A stretch of 64,000 bases of DNA from an uncultured delta proteobacterium (GCA_963704165.1 CAVPHD010000012.1:96001-160000), one strand, 5' to 3'; counted from the first letter of the stretch, positions 10,062 to 21,287 are shown. The notes: generated from the sequence alone by a model not told the origin. A program made the numbers and translations.

Positions 10062-10997
10062 TCAGCGAATCGCGATCGGATTGATGATCGCCTGCACCGC
10101 GCCTGCGAACTTCGGCTGCCCGAGCACGAACAGGAACTCGTAGCCCTTGTCCGCCGCGAGCGCGCCGACGTTCATGTTCTCGAGGATGTAGATGCCGTTT
10201 CGCGCGAGCAGGATCTGGTGCACGGGAAACGCCTCTTCGGGATTCTCGAAGGGGATCGCCTCGACGGCCCAGCCGTCCGATCCGACCGCGACCACGCCGA
10301 GCGACGCGAGGTACTCCGCGCCACCCTTCCCGAGGCCCGGCTCCTTCTCGAGGAACGCCTTCGGGTCCTTCTCGGCCATCGACGCGAGCCAGCCCGTGTG
10401 AAGCAGAACCACGTCGCCCTTGCGAATCGGCGTGCCCTGCTTGGCGACGGCTGCCTCGATCTCGGTGCGATTGATCGCGAAGCCCGGCGCCAGATTCGCG
10501 CCCTCGAGCGCGACGATGTCGAGCAGCACGCCGCGCGTGACGATCGGCGGGATCTTGTCGGTCGAGAGCGCGAGCAACCCGTGCGGTCGCAGGAACTCCG
10601 ACTCCTTGTGACCGTTGTAGTAGACGTAGTCGATCCCGAGGTGTCCGAGCCCGTCGATCTGACTGCCGATGCCCATCCAGGTGGCGAGGAAATCGTCGTT
10701 CCCGGTCGCCTTGTTGGTGCCCAGCGGCGTTCCGAAGATGCTCGCCTCGGTGAAGATCTGGAAGTTGCGGGTGCCGTACGCCGGCGTCTCCGGACCGATC
10801 GTCACACCGAGCGCGTAGGTCTTGCCGGTCTTCACGAGCTTTGCGGCTTCGACCACGCCCGCGGCCGAGAGGTTGTTCGCCGCCCCGATGGTGTCGTCCT
10901 TGCCGTACTTCGACGGGTACCAGGGATCGGCGGCGAAAGCGGTGCTCGCGACCGCGGCGATGGCGATGCCTGCGATGGCTCCGAGCGCTCGACTCAT
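10062..10997 (-). CDS. Exported cyclase-family (kynurenine formamidase-like) metallohydrolase
   Basis: Signal peptide ending AFA; GSQIDGLGH, IVTRGVLLD, GDVVLLHTGW, FPVHQILL...GIYILEN. Confidence 0.85.
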   Translation of the reverse strand: MSRALGAIAGIAIAAVASTAFAADPWYPSKYGKDDTIGAANNLSAAGVVEAAKLVKTGKTYALGVTIGPETPAYGTRNFQIFTEASIFGTPLGTNKATGNDDFLATWMGIGSQIDGLGHLGIDYVYYNGHKESEFLRPHGLLALSTDKIPPIVTRGVLLDIVALEGANLAPGFAINRTEIEAAVAKQGTPIRKGDVVLLHTGWLASMAEKDPKAFLEKEPGLGKGGAEYLASLGVVAVGSDGWAVEAIPFENPEEAFPVHQILLARNGIYILENMNVGALAADKGYEFLFVLGQPKFAGAVQAIINPIAIR

Positions 10998-11093
10998 GTC
11001 GGATCTCCCTCTCTTCTGTGGTTCCGTGGCCGCCGAACCAGAATGCCACAGAAGCGTCGCGACAATCCGCTCGGGCACCGGTAGGCTGCGACC

Positions 11094-11489
11094 ATGAGCG
11101 AGCGCGAGATCCTCGAGTTGGCCGATCGCTTCTTCGCCGCCATCCCGAAGGGCGACGTCGGGACCGTGCGCGCGATCTACGCCCCGGACGCCGTCATCTG
11201 GCACAACGACGACCAGATCCCGCAGAGCGTCGAGCAGAACCTCCGCGTCTTGTCGTGGGTGGCGAAGAACATCTCGGGTCTGCGCTACGAAGAGATCCGC
11301 CGGCACGTGACGGCTTCGGGATTCGTTCAGCAGCACGTACTCCGGGGCATCGCCCCGAATGGAAAGCCGCTCGAGGTGCCCGCCTGCATCCTGTGTACCG
11401 TGAAGGACGGACGGATCACGCGCCTCGACGAGTATCTCGACTCGGCGCAGGTCGCGGTATTGCGAAGCGACTCAGGAGGTCCGAATTGA
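11094..11489 (+). CDS. NTF2/SnoaL-like fold protein
   Basis: FFAAIPKGD...YAPDAVIWHN...FVQQHVL...DGRITRLDEYLDSA. Confidence 0.85.
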   Translation: MSEREILELADRFFAAIPKGDVGTVRAIYAPDAVIWHNDDQIPQSVEQNLRVLSWVAKNISGLRYEEIRRHVTASGFVQQHVLRGIAPNGKPLEVPACILCTVKDGRITRLDEYLDSAQVAVLRSDSGGPN

Positions 11490-11539
11490 TCCGGAAGCAC
11501 CCGCTCGGCGAGAAGCGAGACTGAGCTCGAAGCCGAACC

Positions 11540-12853
11540 ATGCGCAAGTCACTCGTTCTTCTCGCGATCGTCCCGACCCTCTCCTGTTCGGTCTTGAGCA
11601 ACGTCGGTCGGCAGGTGCAGTCGCTCGTTCCGGGCAACGGTGCCGTGACGCAGGCCGATCTGCGCGCCGCGCTCTTCGATTTCAGCGCAGGATTCGGCGT
11701 GCTCGTGACGGAGGCCGCGGACCGGATCGCGTCACAAACGACCTCGCCGAAGCTTCGCCGGCTCTCGCTGCTCTGGAAGATCCGAATGCCTCCGGCCGTG
11801 CAGCTCGCCGTGAGCGACACGAATCCGCGCACGGGCTACGTCGAGGCGCTCACCGTCGCGGTCGCGCAGCGTCAATACTTCGAGGACGGAGCGGGCAGCT
11901 CGCTCTTCGGGCCACAACAATCGATCGCTCTCGATGCGGCGAAGGAGATCGAGCGCAACGCGCTTCGGCTCGGCGAGTCGTTCCTGCCGCCGGCAAAGCT
12001 CACGGCTCTTCACGCGGACCTCGAGGAGCTGGCGAGAAAGCACCCGCTCCGCGGCGAGTTCCTGCGCGAGAGCATCCAAGCGGGCCTGCAGAAGGCCGAG
12101 ACCGGTGGCGCGTTCGACGACATCATCGGATTGCCGATGGCGCCGTTCCGCGCGATCGCCGGTGTCGAATCCGGCGCGCAGGCGATCCACGAATTCAACG
12201 CCACGGCGGCGCAGTTCACCGAGATCGTCGATCAGCTGCCGCAGCGCATGCGCTGGCAGATGGAGCTGCTCTCCTACGATCTTCAGGAGCAGGGCGGCGT
12301 GCTCGAGCAATCGCTCGGCTCGTTCAACCTGGTGGCGCAGAGCATGGACCGGCTCTCGCTCGCGGCGGAGAGTGCGCCGGAAGACGTGCGCGCTGCCGTC
12401 CACGAGGCCGCGGCAGAGATCGACCAGCGCAACGCGGCGCTGCGGCTCCTGCTCGCGGACTTCCGCGCAGCGCTCACCGAGACCGGCGCGACCGCGAAGG
12501 ACGTCTCCGGTCTGATGGATGCGCTCGAGCGCACGTCCGTGCAGGTGAACCAGGCCGGTGTCGCCTGGAGCGGGCTGGTCTCCGAGCTGAGTGCCCCGGA
12601 CCCGCCGCTGCCTCCGGGTGCGCCGCCGCCGAAGCCGTTCGACATCCTCGACTACGAGAAGACCGCGGTCGCGATCCAGACGACGGCCGCCGACTTGCGC
12701 GCGCTGATGGCCGAGATCGAGCGCACGGGCGATGGCGTCTCGTCGGCGGTCGCGGATCGCTTGCTCCGAAACGCGCTGATCCTGATCGTCGCCTTCTTCG
12801 CGGCTCTGCTCGGCTACCGGTGGCTCGCATCGCGGATCGCGCCAACGCGGTAG
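11540..12853 (+). CDS. Uncharacterised helical lipoprotein with C-terminal membrane anchor
   Basis: Lipobox-like TLSC at residue 16; coiled-coil-like body; C-terminal TM NALILIVAFFAALLGYRWL. Confidence 0.7.
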   Translation: MRKSLVLLAIVPTLSCSVLSNVGRQVQSLVPGNGAVTQADLRAALFDFSAGFGVLVTEAADRIASQTTSPKLRRLSLLWKIRMPPAVQLAVSDTNPRTGYVEALTVAVAQRQYFEDGAGSSLFGPQQSIALDAAKEIERNALRLGESFLPPAKLTALHADLEELARKHPLRGEFLRESIQAGLQKAETGGAFDDIIGLPMAPFRAIAGVESGAQAIHEFNATAAQFTEIVDQLPQRMRWQMELLSYDLQEQGGVLEQSLGSFNLVAQSMDRLSLAAESAPEDVRAAVHEAAAEIDQRNAALRLLLADFRAALTETGATAKDVSGLMDALERTSVQVNQAGVAWSGLVSELSAPDPPLPPGAPPPKPFDILDYEKTAVAIQTTAADLRALMAEIERTGDGVSSAVADRLLRNALILIVAFFAALLGYRWLASRIAPTR

Positions 12854-12888
12854 ACTCCGGGCTCCCCCGAAACCGCGAGGACACCCCC

Positions 12889-14291
12889 ATGGCCGACGCG
12901 ATTCGCTTCGAAGACCGCATGAGCGACAGCGACGCGCTGATGTGGAACATCGAGAAGGATCCGCTCTTGCGCTCGACGATCGCGGTCGTCTGGATGCTCG
13001 ATCGCTCGCCCGATCGCGCGCGCCTCGAAGCCAAGATCGAACGCGCAACCCGGACGATTCCGCGCCTGCGCCAGCACGTGGTCTCGAATCCGGCGTCGAT
13101 CGCGCCGCCGCGCTGGGAAGCCGATCCGAGCTTCGACCTCCGCTACCACCTGCGCTGGCTGCGCGCGCCCGGTGCAGGGGAGCTGCGCGACGTGCTCGAC
13201 TTCACCTCGCCGGTCGTCATGGCGGGCTTCGATCGGGCGCGACCGCTCTGGGAGCTCTACGTGCTCGACGGCATGAGCGGCGGCCGCGCGGCGCTCGTGA
13301 TGAAACTTCACCACTCGCTCTCGGACGGCGTCGGCCTGGTGCGCATGACGGAGGCGATGGTCGAACGCAAGCCCGAGCCCGGACGCGATCCCGGTCCGCT
13401 GCCGCCGCTCGCGGAATCCCGTCCCGATGACCCAGGGCGAGCGTTTCGTCGACGCGCTCGGTCACGAGTTCCGCCGTCAGCTCGGACGCGTGCAGCGCTC
13501 GATGCGCGCCGGGCGGGCGACGATGCTCGGGCTCGTGCGCGATCCCGCCGGACTCGTGCGCGGGACCGCGGAGTCGGCGGCCTCGGTCGGCCGACTGCTG
13601 CGTCCGGTCTCGGAGCCGCTCTCGCCGATCCTGCGCGGGCGCTCACTGAGTCTTCGGCTCGACACGCTCGCGCTCTCGACCGAGAAGCTCCGCGCCGCGG
13701 CCAAGCTCGTCGACGGCAAGTTGAACGACGCCTTCGTCGCGGGCGTCGCGGGCGGACTGCGGCTCTACCACGAGGCGCACAAGGCACCCGTCGAGAATCT
13801 GCGCATGACCATGCCGATCAACGTCCGCGAGGGCGAGAAGGCGAGGGTCGCGGGCAACCAGTTCGTGCCCGCGCGCTTCTCGGTGCCGGTCGGGATCCGC
13901 GAACCGCGCGAGCGCATGGCGGCGATCCGCGATCTCGTCGCGGGCCAGCGCGCGGAGCCGGCGCTCGCCATGATGGACGACGTCTCGGGCGTGCTGAACC
14001 GCCTGCCCACCGCCGTCACGACGTCGCTTTTCGGCTCGATGCTGAAGGGCGTCGACTTCGTGACCAGCAACGTGCCCGGTCCGCGCTTCGACGTGTACCT
14101 GTCGGGCGCGAAGCTCGAGTCGGTCTTCGGCTTCGGGCCGCTCACCGGCGCGGCGATCAACGTCACGCTCTTCAGCTACACCGATCGATCGCATCTGGGC
14201 ATCGCGAGCGATCCGGCTTCGGTGCCGGATCCGGACCTCCTGATCGCGTGCATGCAAAAGGGCTTCGACGAGGTGCTCACGGGCGTCTGCA
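12889..14291 (+). CDS. Wax ester synthase/diacylglycerol acyltransferase (WS/DGAT), frameshifted near 13420 and with stop lost near 14290
   Basis: FDRARPLWELY, catalytic HHSLSDG; C-terminal half (LNDAFVAGV, VTSNVPGP, INVTLFSY) continues in the +1 frame. Confidence 0.85.
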
Positions 14292-14302
14292 GGGGAGCTC
14301 GA

Positions 14303-15274
14303 ATGCCACGTCCCTTCCGGTTCGCGGTTCAGTCGTTCAGCGCGTCGTCGGCGAAGGAGTGGCGCGAGCGGGCGAGGAAGGCCGAGGCGATCGGTTATTC
14401 CGCGCTCCACCTCGCCGATCACATCCTCGGGCCGGGCCCGGCGATCGCGAGCACGAACCATCCGATCCAGGAGCTCGCCGCCGTGCCCGCGATGATGATG
14501 GCGGCCGAGGCGACGACACGGCTCCGTGTCGGCTGTCGCGTGTTCGGCGTCGATCACCGCCAGCCCGCGATGCTCGCGAAGGAGGCCGCGACGATCGACC
14601 TGCTCTCGGACGGTCGGCTCGAGCTCGGACTCGGCGCCGGCTGGCTCGCGGCCGAGTACGAGGCAATCGGAATCCGCTTCGACCCGGCACCGGTGCGCAT
14701 CGCGCGGCTCGCGGAGACCGTCGGCGCATTGAAGGCGCTCTTCTCCGGCGAGCAAGTTTCGTACGACGGAAACGACGTCCGCCTCCACGGCTTCGCGGGC
14801 CGACCGATCCCGGTGCAGAAGCCGCACCCTCCGATCATGATCGGAGGCGGCGGACGCCGCGTGCTCTCGCTCGCGGCGAGGCAGGCAGAGATCGTCTCGT
14901 TCAACTTCAACAATCGCGCGGGCGTGATCGGCTCCGACGGCGTCAAGAACTCCACGGCCGACGAAACCGCGCGAAAGGTCGCCTGGGTTCGCGACGCCGC
15001 GGGTGAGCGCTTCGACGCGCTCGAACTCGAGATCGGCGCCTACTTCACCTTCGTCGGCGATCGAGCCCGGGAGATCGCGGGCGGAATGGCCGGCGCGTTC
15101 GGGCTGACGGCCGACGAGATGATGCACCACCCGCACGCGCTCTTCGGCACTCCAGACGCGATCTGCGAAGAGCTCGAGCGACGGCGCGACGCGTACGGAA
15201 TCTCCTACGTCACCGTGCCCGACACCGCGCTCGACGCGTTCGCGCCCGTCGTCGCGAAGCTCACCGGGACGTGA
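14303..15274 (+). CDS. LLM-class F420-dependent oxidoreductase (TIGR03621-like)
   Basis: MPRPFRFAVQ...ARKAEAIGYSALHLADH, LSDGRLELGLGAGW, PPIMIGGGGRRVL; GGGGAG upstream of ATG 14303. Confidence 0.88.
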   Translation: MPRPFRFAVQSFSASSAKEWRERARKAEAIGYSALHLADHILGPGPAIASTNHPIQELAAVPAMMMAAEATTRLRVGCRVFGVDHRQPAMLAKEAATIDLLSDGRLELGLGAGWLAAEYEAIGIRFDPAPVRIARLAETVGALKALFSGEQVSYDGNDVRLHGFAGRPIPVQKPHPPIMIGGGGRRVLSLAARQAEIVSFNFNNRAGVIGSDGVKNSTADETARKVAWVRDAAGERFDALELEIGAYFTFVGDRAREIAGGMAGAFGLTADEMMHHPHALFGTPDAICEELERRRDAYGISYVTVPDTALDAFAPVVAKLTGT

Positions 15275-16245
15275 GCGGCGGCGCGTCGGGACGCGAGAAC
15301 CGCACGACGAAGCGGAAGATCTCGTCCGCCGCGTCGACCACGTCGGTGTTCGGACCGACGACCCGCTCGGGCAGCACCGATCCGCCGCCGGGCCAACCGT
15401 GTCCCGGGCCCGGTGAGCTTCCAGAGCGCGACGTCGCTGCCGCTCGTGCAGGGCCCGAAGTCGATCCGGACCGCGGTGTGTCCGCCGGCGCTGCGCTTCT
15501 CGATCTCGCGGCCGGCGCCCGTGCAGCCGTCGCGCTCGCGCCAGCGCGCGAGTCCCGCATCGACCGGACGGTGCTCGATCCGCTGATTCGTGAGCGGATT
15601 TCGGGGTCCCGCCCCGCCCGCGTACACCGCACGCGGATCGTCGACGCTGTGCACGTGCAGGACCGCGACGGGGCCCGAAGGCGCGAACGCGAGGGTCATG
15701 TCGGCGCCGGCGACGGGCACGATCGCGGCGATGCGCGGCGCCGCCTCGGCCGCGAGCCGGTACGACATCATCGCGCCGTTCGAGTGCCCGGTCGCGTAGA
15801 CGCGCGTGCGATCGAGCTCGAGGTCGCGAGAGAGATCGGCCAGGATCGCGAGCACGAATCCCACGTCGTCGACGTTCCGCTCCATCGCTCGCGCGCAGCA
15901 CGCGCCCGCGTTCCACGTCAGCAGGCGGCGTTCGAATCGGCCCGAGCCGTTCGGGTAGACGAGCGCGAAGCCGAGCTCGTCGGCTCGAGCGTCGAGCCCC
16001 GCGTACTTCTGGAAGCCCGCGGCGTTGCCGCCGCCACCGTGGAAGGCGAGCAGCACGGGGAGCGGGGAGCGAGCGCGGAAGTCCGGCGGCAGGCGCAGGA
16101 TGAAGCTGCGTTCGAGACCCGCATGCGAGATCTCGAGCTCGTGGTTTCCCGACCGCGAGAACCGCGGGCCCGGCTGCACCGACGACGGCGCGCAGCCGAG
16201 AAAGAGCAGAGCGACGAGCAGCGAACCTGTGAGCGCGCGCGGCAA
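15261..16245 (-). CDS. LpqC/PHB-depolymerase-like lipoprotein esterase, frameshift near 15405
   Basis: Lipobox FLGC; FHGGGG, WNAGACC, GHSNG nucleophile elbow; C-terminal GHGWPGG...DAADEIFRF in the adjacent frame. Confidence 0.82.
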
Positions 16246-16249
16246 GGAT

Positions 16250-17050
16250 TCAGCGACCGCTGAACTTCGGCTCGCGCTTCTCGAGGAAGCTGCGGATTCC
16301 CTCCTGGAAATCCTGCGAGCGGAAGAGCAGAAGAAGCTGCATCAGCACGTGGTGCGTGTGGGACTCGAAGTCCTCGGTGAGCCCGTGCCGGAAGAGCCGC
16401 TTCATCGCCTTCACGCCGAGCGGCGCGTTCGCGGCGATCTTCTCGGCCCAGCGCTGCACCTCGTCCAGAAGCTGATCGTGCGGAACGACCTTGTTCACCA
16501 GTCCGAGCTCGAGCGCGCGTTCGGGTCCGATGTCGTCGGCGAGGAACGCGATCTCGCAGGCGCGCGCCCAGCCGACCAGGCGCGGCAGGTACCAGGTGCC
16601 GCCGCTCTCCGGCACGATGCCGCGCTTGGCGAACCCGGGCAGGAGCTTCGCGCGATCGCTCATCAGCCGGATGTCGCAACCGAGCGCCAGGTCGAGCCCG
16701 TAGCCGGCGGCCGGCCCGTTCAACGCGCAGAGGATCGGAACGTCTACACGATTCAGCGTCACCGTCGGGATCTCGCGCGTCGAGACGTGCATGGCTCCGC
16801 CCTGCGGCGAGAGGACGCCGGCTCCGCCGATCCCCTGCCCCGACGCCGCGTCCTTCATGTCGAGCCCGCTGCAGAAGCCGCGTCCGGAGCCCGTCACCAC
16901 GATCACGCGCATGTCCGCGTCGCGATCGACCTCGACCAGCGCCGCGCCGAGCGCGTCGAGCATCGGCATGCTGATCGCGTTCATTCGCTCCGGCCGGTTC
17001 AGCGTCAGCCAGGCCGTGTGCCCGCGCTTCTCGAAGAGCAGATCCGCCAT
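16250..17050 (-). CDS. Enoyl-CoA hydratase/isomerase family protein
   Basis: LTLNRPERMNA, GRGFCSGLD, NGPAAGYG, DFQEGIRSFLEKREPKFSGR. Confidence 0.92.
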   Translation of the reverse strand: MADLLFEKRGHTAWLTLNRPERMNAISMPMLDALGAALVEVDRDADMRVIVVTGSGRGFCSGLDMKDAASGQGIGGAGVLSPQGGAMHVSTREIPTVTLNRVDVPILCALNGPAAGYGLDLALGCDIRLMSDRAKLLPGFAKRGIVPESGGTWYLPRLVGWARACEIAFLADDIGPERALELGLVNKVVPHDQLLDEVQRWAEKIAANAPLGVKAMKRLFRHGLTEDFESHTHHVLMQLLLLFRSQDFQEGIRSFLEKREPKFSGR

Positions 17051-17090
17051 CTCGTTCCTCCTCCAGCGGCGCGAGTATAAGCTGTTGGCG

Positions 17091-17768
17091 ATGAAGACCG
17101 TCGCCGCCCTCGCCGTGCTCTCGCTTCTCCTCGCGCCGAGCTGTCGGCGGCCCGATCCCAGCGCGGGTCCGCGGCTCAAGGCCGATCTCGCCGGGGCTTG
17201 GGTGCGCGATCAGCGCGACGCGCCGGGCGGCGTCGAGGGCTTCGACCTGCGGCCCGGCGGCGGCATCACGCTGATCGGAATCCTGTCGATGAACGCGATC
17301 GCCTGGACCGCCTCGCGAAACGAGCTCGTGATCTCGACGAACACGGACCGTTACGCGGAGCCGAACCCGGTCCGGCTCGAGATCGCATCGCTCGAGAACG
17401 ACGTCCTGACGCTTCGTGCGGATCCTCCGGACTATCTCGCAGGGGTCTGGCATCGGACCGACGCGCGCCGCATCTCGGGCGCGGTGACCTATCTCGAGCC
17501 GACGTCGCTGCCGCCGGACGCGCGCCTCGATTTGCGAGTTCTCCGAGCCGGCGAGCTACTCGCACGCACGCTGGTTTCACCGAAGGGTCCCGTTCCGATC
17601 GCGTTCGAGATCTCGTTCCTCCCGGCGCCGCCGGAGCGCGCGAGCGACGACTCGTTCGAGGCGAGCATCTTCACGAACGACGGCCCGCTCTTCACGACCC
17701 CGCGACCGATTCCGGTACCCGGCGGCGCGAGCGACATCGAGGTCGTCGTCCTGTCCGCGAATCGCTAG
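17091..17768 (+). CDS. Lipoprotein with lipocalin-like N-domain and YbaY/YscW-like C-domain
   Basis: Signal peptide with APSC; LAGAW...EGFDLRPGG; ISGAVTYLE...LPPDA...PVPIAFEI. Confidence 0.6.
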   Translation: MKTVAALAVLSLLLAPSCRRPDPSAGPRLKADLAGAWVRDQRDAPGGVEGFDLRPGGGITLIGILSMNAIAWTASRNELVISTNTDRYAEPNPVRLEIASLENDVLTLRADPPDYLAGVWHRTDARRISGAVTYLEPTSLPPDARLDLRVLRAGELLARTLVSPKGPVPIAFEISFLPAPPERASDDSFEASIFTNDGPLFTTPRPIPVPGGASDIEVVVLSANR

Positions 17769-17788
17769 CGGCTGCTATGCTCGCCCGC

Positions 17789-18179
17789 ATGAGCAAACGA
17801 CGGACGATCATCCCCAAGGGCATGGAGTTCTACTACGAGCAGTTCCAGTTCGCGCCGGCCGTTCGGGTGGGCAAGATGGTGTACTGCTCGGGTCAGATCG
17901 GCTGGGCCGGTCCCGGGCAGAAAGTCGTCGAGCGATCCGAAGGAGCAGTTCACGCACGCGTTCGAGAACCTGCGGCGGGTGCTCGAGGCGGCGGGGGCGG
18001 ACTTCGGCGACGTGGTCGAGATCACCACGTTCCACGTCGGCATGGAGCACCTGGCCGTCTTCGGCACCGTGAAGGCCGACTTCCTGAAGGAGCCGTTCCC
18101 GGCGTGGACGGCGATCGGCGTCTCGGAGCTCGCGATTCCCGGCGCGCTCGTCGAGATCCGCGCGACGGCACGGCTCTAG
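17789..18179 (+). CDS. RidA/YjgF family protein, frameshift near 17930
   Basis: APAVRVGKMVYCSGQIG then, in the +1 frame, AFENLRRVLEAAG...PAWTAIGVSELAIPGALVEIRATA. Confidence 0.85.
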
Positions 18180-18184
18180 CGAAC

Positions 18185-20463
18185 CTACTGCCTCGACATC
18201 GCGACGCGGTCCTCGGCCGCAGGGTCGCGGTACGGCGCGCCTTCGGCCTCGATCACGACCTGCGCCACCAAGCCGTCCGGTACCGTGAAGCGGCCGGGGC
18301 ACGCGTCGGTGATGGGCGGGCCGGGCTGATACCCGACGGCGAACCCGCCCGATCCGTACGTGACCGGCGTCGTGCGCGCGATCGCTCCCTCGCCGACGGG
18401 TACGCCGTCGTAGAAGAGCGCGAGGTTGCCGCGGAACGGCCCGGTCGGATTGAACTCCGCGCGAGCGACGACCCGACCCGCGGGAAGCTCGACGCTGGCC
18501 GAGATGGTCGTGCTCTGCATGCCGAGCAGGTTGTAGACGAAGTGGAGCCGACGGCCTTTCAGATACAGTGAGTACCCGCCCGCGCTCCCGCCGTGCGCGA
18601 CGAGCGTCCCGTCGATGCTCGCGCCCGCCGGGACGTTCAGGTGCGCTTCGATGATGAACTTCCGATTGCGCAGGTTCGGCGCCACCGGCCCGGGCAGCCG
18701 GCCGATGCCCGCGTGGTACACGTAGCGATCGCGCCGGAAGCGCCGGTCGCCGAAGCGTCCGGGCTGGTTGTTGAGCGGCAGGACCTGGTTCCGCTCCGCC
18801 TCCTTCCACCAAAGATCCTTCAGCTCGGCGAGCTTCTCGGGTCGCGACGCCGCGAGGTCGCGGATCTCGGCGAAGTCCTCGGCGACGTTGTAGAGCTCCC
18901 AGACGTCCTCGTCGAAGGGCTTCGAGACGTCCGTGCCGTCGTACACGGCGATGCGCGCGGGATGGAAGACGACCGCCTTCCAGCCGTCGTGGTAGAGCGC
19001 GCGCGATCCGATCATCTCGTAGTACTGCGTGACGTGGCGCGACTTCGCGCTCGCGTCGGCCAGGGTGTGCGCGAAGCTCGTGCCGTGCATCGGGCTCTGG
19101 ACGACGCCGGCGATCTCCTTCGGCGGCTCGACGCCGAGCAGGTCGAGAATGCGTCGGCACGACGTCGACGACGTGCACGTACTGGTGACGCGTCTCGCCG
19201 CGGGCGGCCGAGCCGCGAAGGCCAGTGGACGATCAGCGGATCGCAGACGCCACCCTCGTGCGTGTCGCGCTTGAAGCGCTTGAGCGGCGTGTTGCCGGCC
19301 CACGCCCAACCCCACGGGTAGTGGTTGTGCGCGTGCGGTCCGCCGAGGTCGTCGATCCGGCGCAGGTTCTCCTCGAGGCTCTCGGGCACCATGTTGAAGA
19401 AGAACGCTTCGTTGAACGAACCCTTCGGTCCGCCCTCGGCGCTCGCGCCGTTGTCGCTCATCAGGATCACGAGCGTGTCGTCGAGCTCGCCGAGCTCGTC
19501 GATGAAGTCGACGAGGCGCCCGACTTGCGCGTCGGTGTGCGTCATGAAGCCCGCGTACACCTCCATCATGCGCGCGTACAGACGGCGCTCGTCCGCGGAG
19601 AGCGATTCCCACGACGGCACCCAGGCAGGTCGCGCGCGAGAGCTCGGTCCCCTTCGGCAGGAGCCCGCTCGCGACCTGACGCGCGAAGACCTGTTCGCGC
19701 CAGTGGTCCCAACCCGCGATCGAAGCGGCCGCGGTAGGGCTCGATGAACGAAGCCGGCGCCTGGTGCGGCGCGTGACACGCGCCCGGCGCGACGTAGAGC
19801 AGGAATGGCTTGCGTTCGTACGTCGCGCGCAGGTCCTTCACGTAGGAGATCGCGTGGTCGATCATGTCGTCGGTGAGGTGGTAGCCCTGCTCCGGCGTGC
19901 GCGGCGGATCGACCTGATGATTGTCGTGAACGAGCTCGGGGTGGTACTGGTCGGTCTCGCCGCCCATGAATCCGTAGAAGCGCTCGAAGCCCGCGACCGA
20001 GCGGCCACTTGTCGCGCGGGCTCCCCATCGTCGTCTCGGTCGTCGGCGCCAGGTGCCACTTGCCGACGGCGAAGGTCGCGTAGCTCTGCTCGCGCAGGAT
20101 CTCCGGCAGAAAGCCGTTCTCCTTCGGGATCACCGCATCGTAGCCGGGGAAGCCGCTCGAAAAGTCCGCGATGCGGCCCATGCCGTTGGCGTGGTGATTC
20201 CGCCCGGTCATCAGGCACGCGCGCGTCGGCGAGCAGAGCGACGTGGTGTGGAAGTTCGAGTAGCGCAGACCGCCGGCGGCGAGGCGATCGAACGTCGGCG
20301 TCGAGAGGTCGGATCCGTAGCAGCCGAGCTGCGCGTAGCCCACGTCGTCGAGCACGACGATCACGATGTTCGGCGCGCCTTCGGGCGACTTCGGTAGCTC
20401 AGGCCACCACGAAGTCGACTCCGCGAAGGTTCGACCGATCTTTCCCCCGAACGGCTTCGGCAT
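18185..20463 (-). CDS. Arylsulfatase (Cys-type formylglycine) with C-terminal LamG-like domain; several frameshifts
   Basis: PNIVIVVLDDVG, CSPTRACLMTGRNHH, GKWHL, HAPHQAP, SDNGASAEGG, WELYNVAEDFAE spread over several frames. Confidence 0.88.
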
Positions 20464-20546
20464 CACGTCTCCCCAGGCGAATTCGTGCCGCGAAGTATCC
20501 CACAGATCGACGCCGCGGAGCCGCGATTCGGGGGTAGACTGCGAGG

Positions 20547-21275
20547 ATGATCGGCGAGCGCGAGGAACGGATCCCGCTGGACGGTGGCGCGTCGATGCGG
20601 GCCTTCCTCACCATCCCCGCTGGCACGCCACCGGACGGGGGCTGGCCGCTGGTCATCGCGATTCACGACGCGCTCGGTTTCTCGGACGACATCCGGCGCA
20701 TCGCCCGGCGCTTCGCGGACTCGGGCTACGCGGCGCTGGCGCCCGCGCTCTACGACGGTGCGGGCGCGCCACTTCTCTGTGTCGTGCGGACGTTTCGCGA
20801 CCTCTCGCGGAACCGCGGTCCGGCCTTCGATCGCCTCGAGACCGCGCGCCGCTTTGCCGCCGCGCTTCCCGAGATCGACGGCGCGCGGATCGCGGTGACG
20901 GGCTTCTGCATGGGCGGGGGCTTCGCGATCTTCTGGGCCGCGCGCGGGGGAATGCGCGTGTGCGCGCCGTACTACGGCGACACTCCCGCGCAGGCCGACG
21001 CGCTTCGCGACGTGTGTCCGGTGGTCGCCGGCTTCGGCGAGCTCGACACCCACTTCGCGACGGCCGGCCGACGACTCGAACGGCACCTGGAGTCGCTCGG
21101 GATTCCGCACGACGTCGAGATCTACCCCGGCGTCGGGCATTCCTACATGAACGACCACGGCATGCCGCTCGTCGCCGCGCTCTTGCGTCGCACGCCGATG
21201 CACGCGGCCTACGATCCCGACGCGGCCGAGGACTCCTGGCGGCGCATGCTCGCGTTCTTCGCCGAGCACCTCTGA
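20547..21275 (+). CDS. Dienelactone hydrolase family protein
   Basis: GFCMGG nucleophile motif, YPGVGHSY, AEDSWRRMLAFF. Confidence 0.9.
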   Translation: MIGEREERIPLDGGASMRAFLTIPAGTPPDGGWPLVIAIHDALGFSDDIRRIARRFADSGYAALAPALYDGAGAPLLCVVRTFRDLSRNRGPAFDRLETARRFAAALPEIDGARIAVTGFCMGGGFAIFWAARGGMRVCAPYYGDTPAQADALRDVCPVVAGFGELDTHFATAGRRLERHLESLGIPHDVEIYPGVGHSYMNDHGMPLVAALLRRTPMHAAYDPDAAEDSWRRMLAFFAEHL

Positions 21276-21287
21276 CACGGGCTTCGG

